Shown here: positions 1-9,496 of the stretch, piece by piece | Numbering within the stretch: the stretch's first letter is position 1 | Layout: every line of letters begins with the position of its first letter | Assembly: GCA_947167075.1 (NCBI GenBank) | Contig: CAMVGR010000004.1 | Span: 73,597 to 137,596 of the forward strand | Direction: 5' to 3' | Source: an uncultured Bacteroidales bacterium | GTDB taxonomy: Bacteria > Bacteroidota > Bacteroidia > Bacteroidales > P3 | Length of the DNA: 64,000 bases | Notes under the pieces: model-generated | The model's database searches: none | What the model was told of the DNA's origin: nothing | Seen by the model: the letters and a program-made list of their open reading frames with translations, nothing else | Translations under genes and position numbers: made by a program

Positions 1-318
1 GACGGTGTCCACAAATGGACACATAATAACATTATAGCTAAATATATCCAATGCCCCCATAAATTCGTCTTGATTTCCTTTAAAGTACTTGACAGAATCC
101 ACCACATACTCGATGGTAAAGTAGATGGAGTCGGGTGCATAGGTGGTGTCGTCGTGTCCATATACGATGGAATCCTTGCGGAAGGATTCCTTATGGCCGG
201 TATCCTTTCCAAACCACAACCATGACGAATGGTAGCTGGCCGTGTCGGTCTGGGCCTGGGTCTGCATCCCGGCCAGCCCGAACAGAACCATGATGGCGAT
301 GTATGCAATTTTTTTCAT
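1..318 (-). CDS. Secreted hypothetical protein, N-terminal part only (runs off the window start); paralog of the 18882..20438 product
   Basis: Reverse-strand ATG at 318, 12 nt after the stop of 331..1608. 106 open codons reach the window edge (MKKIAYIAIMVLFGLAGMQTQAQTDTASYHSSWLWF...DSIVYGH...). It has a signal peptide and resembles MKKLALITIAVIYGLGQLQLQAQTDTTHYGDSWIWV...DSTIYGH by eye. It is absent from the ORF track because there is no stop in the window. Confidence 0.6.
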   Translation of the reverse strand, partial: MKKIAYIAIMVLFGLAGMQTQAQTDTASYHSSWLWFGKDTGHKESFRKDSIVYGHDDTTYAPDSIYFTIEYVVDSVKYFKGNQDEFMGALDIFSYNVIMCPFVDTV

Positions 319-330
319 CTTCGCTGTCTC

Positions 331-1608
331 CTAGTTTTGGTTCTTTTTCATGCATCCCACGCCCACACTGAACGTGGATACCCCTGTGTTTACAGAAAAC
401 GATGATATGGAGGGATTTGACTTCGGTTTAATTGTCCCTGGATTATCCATATAGTGCGGTGGGCGTGGTATTACATTGACCTGCAAAGAAGTCTCGCACG
501 AATTCGCCCATCCCGTGCTTTGGGTGTTCTGTAGCAACCAGTGATAGCCGCTGATCGTGAGAAAATAGTCGATAGACCATCGGTCGAGCGAACTGTACCG
601 CAAAGATGGCTGCAGCATATTGGCACTGTAATAGTTGATGACCATGGGCTGCCATTCCAGCACATAGGTGTCGTAGTTGACCAAATCGGTGTACAGCAAC
701 TCCAGACGCTGGGTGGCCGGAATGTATTTCAGGTCGTGGTATTGCGCACGGTGCAGGTTGACATACGTGTGTCGGTCGACGCATTGCATATTGGGCATCT
801 GGATGGTGAGTTGGTTCAGTTCAAAGATTGTGTCGCTGTTGACGGTTTGGTGCACCACGGCCAACCGGTCGTTGGTCATCAGGGTGGCGAGGCATCCTGT
901 GGAGATGACATGGGTGCCGGAGGTGGTGGGGTAATAACGCCACAGGTTGAACATTGTATCCATATGAGAAATAGTGTTCCTCCTGATGGTAATGCAATCC
1001 TCCGTGATGTCGGTGCCGATGTAGAATATCGAGCCGTTGTATAGCAGCACATCGTGGATTCTTTCCCCATTGGGTGTGGTAAAATCGAATTTGTTGCCAT
1101 TCGTGCTGCTGAAATCATAATTGACAACATAAGAGTCGCAGACAACCGCCACATTGTGCTGGGAGGTGCCATTGCTGAAGGCCACCAGGCGCCGAGGGGT
1201 ATTTATTGTGGTAATCTTCCTGCAGTCGATGATGACGGGCCCCGACCCTGCCAGGAGGTTGCCGACAGGAAAGTGCCCGATGAGAGCATCAGTGCCGTCG
1301 CTGCCGCAGAAATACAGCTCGGCACCGACAAAGCAGATGTCGTTGATTTCCCAGGTGCCGCTGACGTACATCCGGTTACCGTGTGTGAAAGGCAGCATGG
1401 CGACATTGGCCTGCACCGCGTAGAAATAGCCACCCCCGCTCCCTTTGAAGAAACCGATGGCGTAGTCGTCGTTGTAATTTCGGACCACGGAGCCGCCGGT
1501 ATTGGTGGGGAACATGGCACTGCCGTCCTCTTCCATGCTCAAGATCTGTGCCCGGGAGCAGGGAGTAAGCGCCAACAAAAAGATAAAAATAAGATAAATC
1601 TTTTTCAA
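331..1608 (-). CDS. Hypothetical secreted protein (425 aa)
   Basis: Long ORF with an N-terminal signal peptide (MKKIYLIFIFLLALTPCSRAQ). I recognise no family and see no T9SS C-terminal domain. Confidence 0.65.
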   Translation of the reverse strand: MKKIYLIFIFLLALTPCSRAQILSMEEDGSAMFPTNTGGSVVRNYNDDYAIGFFKGSGGGYFYAVQANVAMLPFTHGNRMYVSGTWEINDICFVGAELYFCGSDGTDALIGHFPVGNLLAGSGPVIIDCRKITTINTPRRLVAFSNGTSQHNVAVVCDSYVVNYDFSSTNGNKFDFTTPNGERIHDVLLYNGSIFYIGTDITEDCITIRRNTISHMDTMFNLWRYYPTTSGTHVISTGCLATLMTNDRLAVVHQTVNSDTIFELNQLTIQMPNMQCVDRHTYVNLHRAQYHDLKYIPATQRLELLYTDLVNYDTYVLEWQPMVINYYSANMLQPSLRYSSLDRWSIDYFLTISGYHWLLQNTQSTGWANSCETSLQVNVIPRPPHYMDNPGTIKPKSNPSISSFSVNTGVSTFSVGVGCMKKNQN

Positions 1609-1694
1609 AATGTATGTTTTAACCGGTTATTAATAAACTATATTGTTGAATTACAGCCTTATACTTGTGATGCTTGTCCAGTGGTTCGATGTTG

Positions 1695-1702
1695 CAAAGG
1701 TA
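1695..1702 (-). promoter_or_regulatory. Bacteroidota -7 promoter box (TACCTTTG) for 331..1608
   Basis: Top strand reads CAAAGGTA, which is TAnnTTTG on the minus strand, 87 nt upstream of the ATG at 1608. Confidence 0.5.
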
Positions 1703-1833
1703 CGAATACTATTTGAATCCACCAAATTTGTTTTTCGAATCCTGTGCAAGTGTTTCAATGCCAAACCGATGTATAGGAGGATGCATTCGTGTGGACAGGC
1801 CGCCGAGGGTCCGTGAAAACCCCGTTCCGCGAC

Positions 1834-1899
1834 GGTGCATGTACGGTGCATGTACGGTGCATGTACGGTGCATGTACGGATGAAGTACGGTGTAGGTAC
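1834..1899 (+). repeat. 11-bp phased tandem array, copy A: 4 perfect GGTGCATGTAC units plus 2 degenerate (GGATGAAGTAC, GGTGTAGGTAC)
   Basis: Read directly from the sequence. The array is intergenic, between 331..1608 and the EamA gene. Confidence 0.95.
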
Positions 1900-2082
1900 G
1901 AGGAAGGGGCTGATTTATATGTTTTTGTGAATTTTGAAGTATGGTAATATGTTGAGAATAAAAAGCTTGTAGCTGCAGAGTAGGGTACTTCTTTTGGGAT
2001 AGATATCGAATACGGGAAAGGTACCGACAGGGAATATGTGTATCCGGTCGGATAGAACGAAGGGGTGGATTGTGGGTGCAGA

Positions 2083-2988
2083 TTATCGGGTGGACTTGTG
2101 TTTCTTTCCAAGCACTACCAGCACGACAGCAGAGAGGATGAGCACTATACCGGCCAGCAGGCGCAGGGAGAAGGGCTCGTCGAAGACAAAGACACCGATG
2201 ATGACTGCCGTGGTTGGTTCGAGTGCTCCCAGTATGGCCGTTGGGGTGCTGCCCAGATATTTGGCGGCATATACCATCATGACTAGTGCCATGATGGCTG
2301 GTACAAGAGCTAGCCAACTCACCCATAGCCAGGCGCTAGGTGAGGGTGGAAGCATGAGCGGCTGATGGCTCAGCAATGCGTAGGCGGCCATTCCCAAAGC
2401 ACAGTAGAAGAGCACGTAGAAGTTTATCTTAAAGCTCGACATGTGGAGTGGCGATTTGTCGACCACGATGATATAGAGTGCATAGGTGAGTGCGGAGGCT
2501 AGTACGAGCATTACGCCGGTCATGCTGAGTGTTCCTTCGGCATCGCCCCAATAGAGTAGGACTACACCCGCCACAGAGAGCAGGATGGAAAAGAGGGTGG
2601 ACCACTGTATCTTTTCCTTGAAGAAGAGGGTCATGATGGCGGCAGTCATGACGGGGTAGGAGAAGAGTATGGTGGAGGCGATGCCGGCTGGCATGTGGTG
2701 GAAGCTGAGATAGAGCGTGAGCGAAGAGAGGATGAAGAGCAGTCCGAGCGAAGTGAGGGTGACGAACTCTCGTTTCGAGACGCGGAGTGTCTCTTGGCCG
2801 CGGACAGCCTTGTATAGCATCACGATGGCTATTATGACCCATGCTAGGCCGAACCGATAGAACAACACCGAGGGTGTGTTCATACCCTCGGCGTATAGGT
2901 TTAAGGCTCCCAGTGGATTGGTGCCGTAGCATACGGCGGCACCAATGGCACATACGATGCCAATAAGTTTTTTATTTCGGGTCATCAA
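2083..2988 (-). CDS. EamA/DMT-family membrane transporter
   Basis: 301 aa with about 10 hydrophobic segments and a duplicated EamA-like architecture. Its start overlaps the ftsZ stop. Confidence 0.7.
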   Translation of the reverse strand: MMTRNKKLIGIVCAIGAAVCYGTNPLGALNLYAEGMNTPSVLFYRFGLAWVIIAIVMLYKAVRGQETLRVSKREFVTLTSLGLLFILSSLTLYLSFHHMPAGIASTILFSYPVMTAAIMTLFFKEKIQWSTLFSILLSVAGVVLLYWGDAEGTLSMTGVMLVLASALTYALYIIVVDKSPLHMSSFKINFYVLFYCALGMAAYALLSHQPLMLPPSPSAWLWVSWLALVPAIMALVMMVYAAKYLGSTPTAILGALEPTTAVIIGVFVFDEPFSLRLLAGIVLILSAVVLVVLGKKHKSTR

Positions 2989-4607
2989 TCGGCTTGGTCG
3001 CGGAAGTAGGGGTTCTGTACTATGCGTCCATCGGCTCTGAGCGTGGTGGTAGACGACTCGCGCACGGCGGAATGGCGACCCTCGTAGAGGGGCGATTCGT
3101 CGGCGTTGTTGGCGGGCATGCTCTGCACCATGTCGGCTCCATTGGGGTTGTTGCGAAGCAGGTCGTGGATACGACGTATACGTTCGGCGGCAGCCTCGAC
3201 ATCGTTGTCGTTCATGAAAGCAGAGATGGGTTTCTCGACGATGGGTGCGGTGGCCACTGGCTCGATGGGTTTCTCTTGTGGTTCGGGCTGTACGATGTGG
3301 ATGTCGTCGACAAGGATGTCGGTCTGTGGCTCGTGGAGTTCGACCTGGGCCTGGGCAACAGTACGGGCCTGCTCGAGGGTGGGCTCGTCGTCTTCGAGTA
3401 TGAAGATGTGTTTTTCGGGTTCCTGTGCGGGTTCGGTGTGTTCGATGGCGACAGGTTCGACGATGACCTCGTCTGCAACGGGCTCATCGCGGTGTATCAC
3501 TACCATGCCTTCGTCGTCGGCTTTTGCTTCGGGTTCGACGATAGGGGTGGGGGTAGGTGTCTCGTCTTGTGGGAGGACGATGATCTGAGGCTCGGTTTTC
3601 TCGAGTTTGTTTTTCTCGAATCCTGTGGCGATGAGTATTACTTTTAGTTCGTCGCCCAGCGTCTCGTCGGGACCTGCTCCCCAGATGATGTCGGCGGTGC
3701 CGTTGGTTTTGTCGAGTACGTAGTCGGTGATTTCGGCTTGCTCGTCCATCGTCATCTCGTGTTCGGTCGAGTAGGTGAAATAGAGTAATACGTTTTTAGC
3801 ACCGCTGATGTCGCTGTCGTCGAGCAGTACGCTAGTGGTGGCTGCTTCGATGGCATCGTGTGCACGGTTGTCGCCGCGGCCACTGCCGGTACCCATCAGT
3901 GCGGTGCCACTATGCTCCATGACGGTGTTTACATCTTGGAAGTCGCGGTTGACGTAGGCGTTTTCGGTGATGATTTCGGCTATACCTTTGGCTGCGGTGA
4001 GGAGCACATCGTCGGCCATGCCGAAGGCTTCGCTGATGCGCATGTTGCCGAAGGAGCGTAGTTTGTCGTTGTTGATGACGATGATGGAGTCGACATGTTT
4101 GCGTAGCTCCTCGATACCGGCTTCGGCCTGTTCGCGCCGACGTTTGCCTTCGAAGCTGAAGGGGCGGGTGACGATGGCTACGACCAGTATTTTCTTGTTT
4201 TCGTCGTTCTCTAGATCGATACTCTTTGCTATTTCGGCGATGACGGGAGCTGCACCGGTGCCGGTGCCGCCGCCCATGCCGGCGGTGATGAAGAGCATCT
4301 GTGTGTTGTGGGCGATAGCTTCGCGTATGTCGTCGACTTTCGCTTCGGCGGCTTTGCGTGCACGCTCGGGTTTGTTGCCGGCTCCAAGTCCCAGGTCGCC
4401 CAGCGGTATTTTGTTGGGCACCGGTGAAGCGTTGAGGGCCTTCATATCAGTGTTGCAGACAATGAAGTCGACGCCTTCAATTCCCTCTTTGAACATGTGA
4501 TTGACTGCATTGCCGCCACCACCGCCAACACCGATCACTTTGATGTAAGAGGACTGCCCTTTGGGGGAATCGAATGTGAAAAAAGTGGAATTTGTGTTTT
4601 CTTCCAT
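2985..4607 (-). CDS. ftsZ: Cell division protein FtsZ
   Basis: Tubulin signature GVGGGGGNAVNHM and GGGTGTGAAP, followed by a long acidic/Pro-rich linker. It is the last gene of the dcw cluster. Confidence 0.97.
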   Translation of the reverse strand: MEENTNSTFFTFDSPKGQSSYIKVIGVGGGGGNAVNHMFKEGIEGVDFIVCNTDMKALNASPVPNKIPLGDLGLGAGNKPERARKAAEAKVDDIREAIAHNTQMLFITAGMGGGTGTGAAPVIAEIAKSIDLENDENKKILVVAIVTRPFSFEGKRRREQAEAGIEELRKHVDSIIVINNDKLRSFGNMRISEAFGMADDVLLTAAKGIAEIITENAYVNRDFQDVNTVMEHSGTALMGTGSGRGDNRAHDAIEAATTSVLLDDSDISGAKNVLLYFTYSTEHEMTMDEQAEITDYVLDKTNGTADIIWGAGPDETLGDELKVILIATGFEKNKLEKTEPQIIVLPQDETPTPTPIVEPEAKADDEGMVVIHRDEPVADEVIVEPVAIEHTEPAQEPEKHIFILEDDEPTLEQARTVAQAQVELHEPQTDILVDDIHIVQPEPQEKPIEPVATAPIVEKPISAFMNDNDVEAAAERIRRIHDLLRNNPNGADMVQSMPANNADESPLYEGRHSAVRESSTTTLRADGRIVQNPYFRDQAD

Positions 4608-4753
4608 TGTGCTTGTATATTTCTATCTTATTGATTAAGACTTCGTTATTTGTTTTTTGCTTATTCTTTTGGCAGTGTAAAATTACCAATTTTATTTGAC
4701 TCTATAACACTGATAATGCTTTATTTATCAACAGTGCGTTGTGAATTTCGTTT

Positions 4754-6145
4754 TTATTCCTCGTCGAGCCGCTCGTTGAATATGTTATCAAACCATCGTC
4801 CCACTACGCTGCCGAAGTTCTCACTATTCTTTTTCTTCTTAGTATCTTTCTTGGTGGAGGCATCGTCGTCTTCGGGTTTGGTGGGTGTGGAAGGTATGCT
4901 GTCCATGTCGGCGAAAAGATCGACTTTGGAGGAGGTGTTGCTCTTGGCCTGTTCTTCGTCGTTGGCTGGTTGTTCGGATGCTTCCGCCTTTTCCAGTCCA
5001 TAGAGCACCAGGCCGATGCCTGTGGCATACATGGGGTGCATCAGTTCGGTGTAGGAGATGCTTTCCGGATCGAGATGTTCGTTGGGTATTCCGATGCGGG
5101 TGTCGGTGGCTGTGATGAGTTCGCAGAGCTCTTTGATATTTTTCAGCTGTGCTCCGCCACCAGTCAGTACTACACCAGCGATCAGTTTCTTGCCAAATCC
5201 AGACAACTTAATCTCGTAGTCTACTTGCTCCATGATCATCTTGGTGCGTGCGTTGATGATTCCGGCAAGGGTTTTGACATAGATTTCGCGTGATTGCTGG
5301 CTGCGGATGCCAGGGATGCTGATTACGTCGTTTTCGCTGACAGCCTGCACTAGGCATGATCCGAACTTCACCTTCAGACTTTCGGCTTGCCGTTTGAGGA
5401 TATTGCAGCCTTCGCGTATATCGTTGGTGATCGCGTTGCCTGCCAATGGGAGGACGGATGTGTGACGTATGATTCCATCGTGGAAGATGGCAATGTCGGT
5501 GGTGCCACCGCCAATGTCTACCATGGCGACACCTGCATCGCGGTCGCTATCGTCGAGAACAGCCAGTGCCGATGCCACAGGTTCTAGTACTACGCCTTTT
5601 ATTTTCAGACCGGCACGTTCGACTGCGAGTTTGATGTATTGTAGATTCTGTACGTTGCCAGTGACCATGTGGAAGTCGGCAGTCAGGGTTTTGCCAGCGA
5701 CACCGACAGGAGGAATCTCTCTGCTCAGAGCTTCGCGGTCTACGTAGTACTGCTGTGGGAAGATGTGGATGATTTCCTCGCCAGGTTCCAGCATGGTGTT
5801 GTACTGGTCGCCGATGAGACGGTCGACATCTTCTTGCTCGATCAATACATGATCTTGTGGAATCATGACACTGCCCTGGGAGGGGCGCGATTTGATGTGC
5901 TGGCCTGCAATACCGACCCATACTTCCTCAATATCGACACCTGCTTGGTCGGCGGCTTCGTTGACAGCACGGGTGATGGAGTCGGCGGTCTGTGTAATAC
6001 CTTTCACCACCCCATGTTCCACTCCGAGCGATTCGGACTTGCCGAATCCAAGAATCTTTACTCTCCCATTTTCGCCTCTCATTCCCACAAAGCATGCTAT
6101 CTTGGTGGTTCCAATGTCGAGGCCTACAATAATTTCATTTGCCAT
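4754..6145 (-). CDS. ftsA: Cell division protein FtsA
   Basis: Actin-like ATPase motifs (VGLDIGTTKIACFVG, DIGGGTTDIAIF). I take the start at MANEIIVGLDIG (ATG 6145) rather than the ORF-track ATG 6247, which would overlap ftsQ. Confidence 0.93.
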   Translation of the reverse strand: MANEIIVGLDIGTTKIACFVGMRGENGRVKILGFGKSESLGVEHGVVKGITQTADSITRAVNEAADQAGVDIEEVWVGIAGQHIKSRPSQGSVMIPQDHVLIEQEDVDRLIGDQYNTMLEPGEEIIHIFPQQYYVDREALSREIPPVGVAGKTLTADFHMVTGNVQNLQYIKLAVERAGLKIKGVVLEPVASALAVLDDSDRDAGVAMVDIGGGTTDIAIFHDGIIRHTSVLPLAGNAITNDIREGCNILKRQAESLKVKFGSCLVQAVSENDVISIPGIRSQQSREIYVKTLAGIINARTKMIMEQVDYEIKLSGFGKKLIAGVVLTGGGAQLKNIKELCELITATDTRIGIPNEHLDPESISYTELMHPMYATGIGLVLYGLEKAEASEQPANDEEQAKSNTSSKVDLFADMDSIPSTPTKPEDDDASTKKDTKKKKNSENFGSVVGRWFDNIFNERLDEE

Positions 6146-6176
6146 AGTGTATGTATTTTTTGTTTTATTTGCTTCG

Positions 6177-6926
6177 CTATCTTTTGGTGCATACCACTTG
6201 CCCGTCGTATTTGAGGCTGATCCGTTTGTATGTATCCCATCCGGCACGAGGCATTCCTCGACGGTAGAATGCCAAGAGAGACTCGAACTTTGTGTCCAAA
6301 TGATCGATGGTTCCCAGCTCCACTACATGATTGCCTAGTTTAGGAACCATCATAAGATCACCATCAGCCTCGATATATATTTGATCGATTAGGTCGCCGT
6401 ATTTTTTCTGTCCATCGAAGAAGGAGGCCACTTTCCATAAATCAGTCAGATTAGTGGAAAGACTGTCGACCCGGAGTGGCTCGGTGTAATCGGCTCCTGC
6501 TATAAGAAGATTGAGGGAGTCGAAGAGCGGTGCTGGCATAACCGTTCCCTCATCGTCGTACAGGTATTCCCGTCCGCCATAGAAGAGTCGGGCGATGGGG
6601 CGTCGTTGTGTGGCACGTATTACTATCCGCCCGCTTACAGAGGTGGATGCACTGACATCCTTGAGGTAGGGAACCCGTTCGGCTGCTAAAGCGACAGCCT
6701 TGCGATCGACGGAACCGACAGAGTTCTGCATCACACCAGGCAGTGCGGACAAAATAGAGTCGCGCACAGTCTGTTGGGTGACCAACGCTGGAGTGTTTCC
6801 ATGGCGAATCACTACCTCGATACCTTTGACGGTAGAGTGGCTACGGTTAATGTTGGCCACCAGTACCAAAAGCGAAAGTACCAATGCTCCTACAAGAATG
6901 AGTAGTATGCGGACGGAACGTTTCAT
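6177..6926 (-). CDS. ftsQ: Cell division protein FtsQ (POTRA domain)
   Basis: Bitopic protein with one N-terminal TM segment (ILLILVGALVLSLLVLV). Its position between murC and ftsA matches ftsQ. Confidence 0.8.
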   Translation of the reverse strand: MKRSVRILLILVGALVLSLLVLVANINRSHSTVKGIEVVIRHGNTPALVTQQTVRDSILSALPGVMQNSVGSVDRKAVALAAERVPYLKDVSASTSVSGRIVIRATQRRPIARLFYGGREYLYDDEGTVMPAPLFDSLNLLIAGADYTEPLRVDSLSTNLTDLWKVASFFDGQKKYGDLIDQIYIEADGDLMMVPKLGNHVVELGTIDHLDTKFESLLAFYRRGMPRAGWDTYKRISLKYDGQVVCTKR

Positions 6927-8350
6927 ATCATTTGCTCTTTTAGCATTTGTTCCATACGTGGTACAAGTCTATCGATGTCACCAGCGCCAAGTGTTAACAC
7001 TACATCAGGACACAAGGCAGGTACCAGTTCGAGTACTTGGTCGGGTGTGCATAGATACTTGTTCATGGTGGGAATTTTGCGCAACACCATGCTGGAGGTT
7101 ACTCCTGCTATCGGTTTTTCGCGGGCAGGGTAGATGGGCATCATGATGATTTCGTCCAGTTGCTGCAGAACCTTTGCAAATTGGTCGGCAAAGTCACGTG
7201 TGCGACTATAGAGATGCGGCTGGAATATTCCGACCAGCCTTTTGTTGGGATAAAGGAAACGGACGCTCTCGATGGTCGACTGGATTTCGGCGGGGTGATG
7301 AGCATAATCGTCAATATAGACGATTTCTTTCTCACGGATGCGGTAGTCGAATCTGCGACGAACTCCTTTGAAGGTTTTCAGACCGTGGCGCAACTGGAAG
7401 TTGTCCACGCCGCAAGTAGTGGCCACGGCTGCGGCAACGACAGCATTTTCGACATTATAGGTGGCAGTACCACAGAGTTCGAGGTCGAACATGACACCGT
7501 TAGGGGTGCGTAAGTCGAAGAAGATATTGCCATTATAGCTTCTCACATTGATGGCATACCAGTCGGCATCTACACCATGTGCAGTATATGTCTGAATGTT
7601 GGTGGTCGAGAAGTCGTGAGCCGGCGTGTGATGGTGCACATGTTCGTGGTGCTCATGATCATGGTGGCTATACTCTACAAATGCCTCTCCGTCTTCACTC
7701 ATGAAAATGCCCTGTTTTAAAAATAGATGTCCATCAGTGTCTGTTTGATTAGCAAACTGTAGATATGCCTCAAGCATGTGTTCTTGGGTACCATAAATAT
7801 CGAGATGGTCTGCGTCGGTGGCTGTGATGACAGATATATGAGGATGCAATTGTAGAAATGAGCGGTCGTATTCGTCGGCTTCGACCACCATATAAGGACT
7901 TTTGTTGTCGACAAGAAGATTGCTTCCAAAGTTCTTGCTTATTCCTCCAAGAAAAGCAGTGCATCCGATCCCGGCGGTGTGTAGTAAATGGGCAATCAGT
8001 GTGCTAGTGGTGGTTTTTCCATGACTTCCTGCCACGGCGATACATTTCTTGTCTTTTGTTAGGTTTCCCAATACTTGAGACCGTTTCTCCATTGGAATCC
8101 CCATATCAGACAAGGCTTTCATTTCACCAAGGTCATTGGGTATGGCGGGCGTGTAGACTACAAGATCTATGTTTTGGGGTAAACGGTCGGGTGCATCATC
8201 ATAGTGTATATCAATTCCTTCAGCCTGCAATGCCTCGGTCAATTGGCTAGGCGTACGATCATAGCCACTTACTATGTCGCCACGCTGGTGAAAGAATCGA
8301 GCCAATGCACTCATTCCAATACCCCCAATACCTAGAAAATAGTATCTCAT
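6923..8350 (-). CDS. murC: UDP-N-acetylmuramate--L-alanine ligase MurC
   Basis: Mur ligase P-loop (AVAGSHGKTTTSTL) and a typical N-terminus (YFLGIGGIGMSALA), in the expected dcw position. It carries a His-rich insert (SHHDHEHHEHVHHHTPAHD). Confidence 0.93.
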   Translation of the reverse strand: MRYYFLGIGGIGMSALARFFHQRGDIVSGYDRTPSQLTEALQAEGIDIHYDDAPDRLPQNIDLVVYTPAIPNDLGEMKALSDMGIPMEKRSQVLGNLTKDKKCIAVAGSHGKTTTSTLIAHLLHTAGIGCTAFLGGISKNFGSNLLVDNKSPYMVVEADEYDRSFLQLHPHISVITATDADHLDIYGTQEHMLEAYLQFANQTDTDGHLFLKQGIFMSEDGEAFVEYSHHDHEHHEHVHHHTPAHDFSTTNIQTYTAHGVDADWYAINVRSYNGNIFFDLRTPNGVMFDLELCGTATYNVENAVVAAAVATTCGVDNFQLRHGLKTFKGVRRRFDYRIREKEIVYIDDYAHHPAEIQSTIESVRFLYPNKRLVGIFQPHLYSRTRDFADQFAKVLQQLDEIIMMPIYPAREKPIAGVTSSMVLRKIPTMNKYLCTPDQVLELVPALCPDVVLTLGAGDIDRLVPRMEQMLKEQMI

Positions 8351-9453
8351 TTTATAATCTTTTCTATTTCGTCAACTATTTTGTCTGCAGCACCGCGAAC
8401 TGCCAGTTTATTGATTGATTCTCTCATGGTGTCCATTCTTGTAGGATCCTTTAAGAGCCTACATACTTCCGGCAGACACTTTTCAGCGCACTCGGAATCA
8501 GGTACCATAATGGCGGCCCCCTTTTTAACTAGTGCCATAGCATTCTTAGTTTGGTGATCCTCGGCCACATTAGGAGAAGGTATTAGGATCACAGGTTTGC
8601 CTACTAAACACAGTTCGCTGATAGCAATGGCACCAGCACGTGAAACAACTACATCGGCTGCAGCATAGGCTAAGTCCATTCGCTGAATAAATTCGTGTAC
8701 CTTCACTTGGTCTTTAATACCAGCAGAATGTACTGCATCCATAGCATCTTGATAGCCCCAGCGTCCTGTTTGCCAGATTACTTGTAATCCATTCTCTCTA
8801 ACAAGCTTAAGGCTTGATGTCATCATACTGTTGATACTTCTGGCACCCAAACTTCCTCCTACAACCAGTAATACCGGTTTGTTTGGAAGCAAACCAAAAT
8901 GTGCTAGGCCTTCGTCGCGTGTACATGTCATTTGTTCAATATCCCATCGTACGGGATTACCTGTAAACACAATTCTTTCTTTCGGGAAAAACCGTTCCAT
9001 GCCATCGTAAGCCACACAAATTGTGTTAGCGTCTTTTGCAAGCAGTTTGTTGGTTAGGCCGGCATATGAGTTTTGTTCCTGGAGTAGTGTGGGAAAACCA
9101 AGCTTTGAGGCAGCTTTGAGTGTGGGTTCGGACGCAAATCCACCTACCCCAACTACAATGTCGGGTTGGAAGTTGGTGAGTATGGCCTTAACACGTCGGT
9201 TACTTTTCATCATTCTGAAAGGAAGCTGCAGATTCTTTATTATGTTTTTAACCGACAGTTTCCTCTGTAATCCGGCAATGGGTAGACCTTCGATGCGGTA
9301 GCCTGCGGCAGGTACCTTTTCCATTTCCATCCGTCCTTCTGCTCCAACAAATAGGATATCTATCTCCGGCCAGCGTTTTTTCATGGCGTTGGCTATAGCT
9401 ATTGCGGGGAATATATGTCCTCCGGATCCGCCTCCACTAACTATTGCTTTCAT
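8347..9453 (-). CDS. murG: Undecaprenyldiphospho-muramoylpentapeptide beta-N-acetylglucosaminyltransferase MurG
   Basis: N-terminal GGGSGGHIFPAIAIA motif and GT28 architecture, in the expected dcw position. Confidence 0.93.
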   Translation of the reverse strand: MKAIVSGGGSGGHIFPAIAIANAMKKRWPEIDILFVGAEGRMEMEKVPAAGYRIEGLPIAGLQRKLSVKNIIKNLQLPFRMMKSNRRVKAILTNFQPDIVVGVGGFASEPTLKAASKLGFPTLLQEQNSYAGLTNKLLAKDANTICVAYDGMERFFPKERIVFTGNPVRWDIEQMTCTRDEGLAHFGLLPNKPVLLVVGGSLGARSINSMMTSSLKLVRENGLQVIWQTGRWGYQDAMDAVHSAGIKDQVKVHEFIQRMDLAYAAADVVVSRAGAIAISELCLVGKPVILIPSPNVAEDHQTKNAMALVKKGAAIMVPDSECAEKCLPEVCRLLKDPTRMDTMRESINKLAVRGAADKIVDEIEKIIK

Positions 9454-9496
9454 TATGTTTGATTTTATTATTCTTTGATTATTAATACAAGTAATG

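Noticed and set aside
1834-1899. Possibility that the 11-bp tandem arrays are CRISPR arrays or coding repeats
   Set aside because: The units are directly adjacent with no spacers, and each array is only 55-66 bp. The ORF-track translations across them (HRTCTVHAPYMHRTCTV...) occur on both strands in several frames and have no start context. All copies are intergenic.
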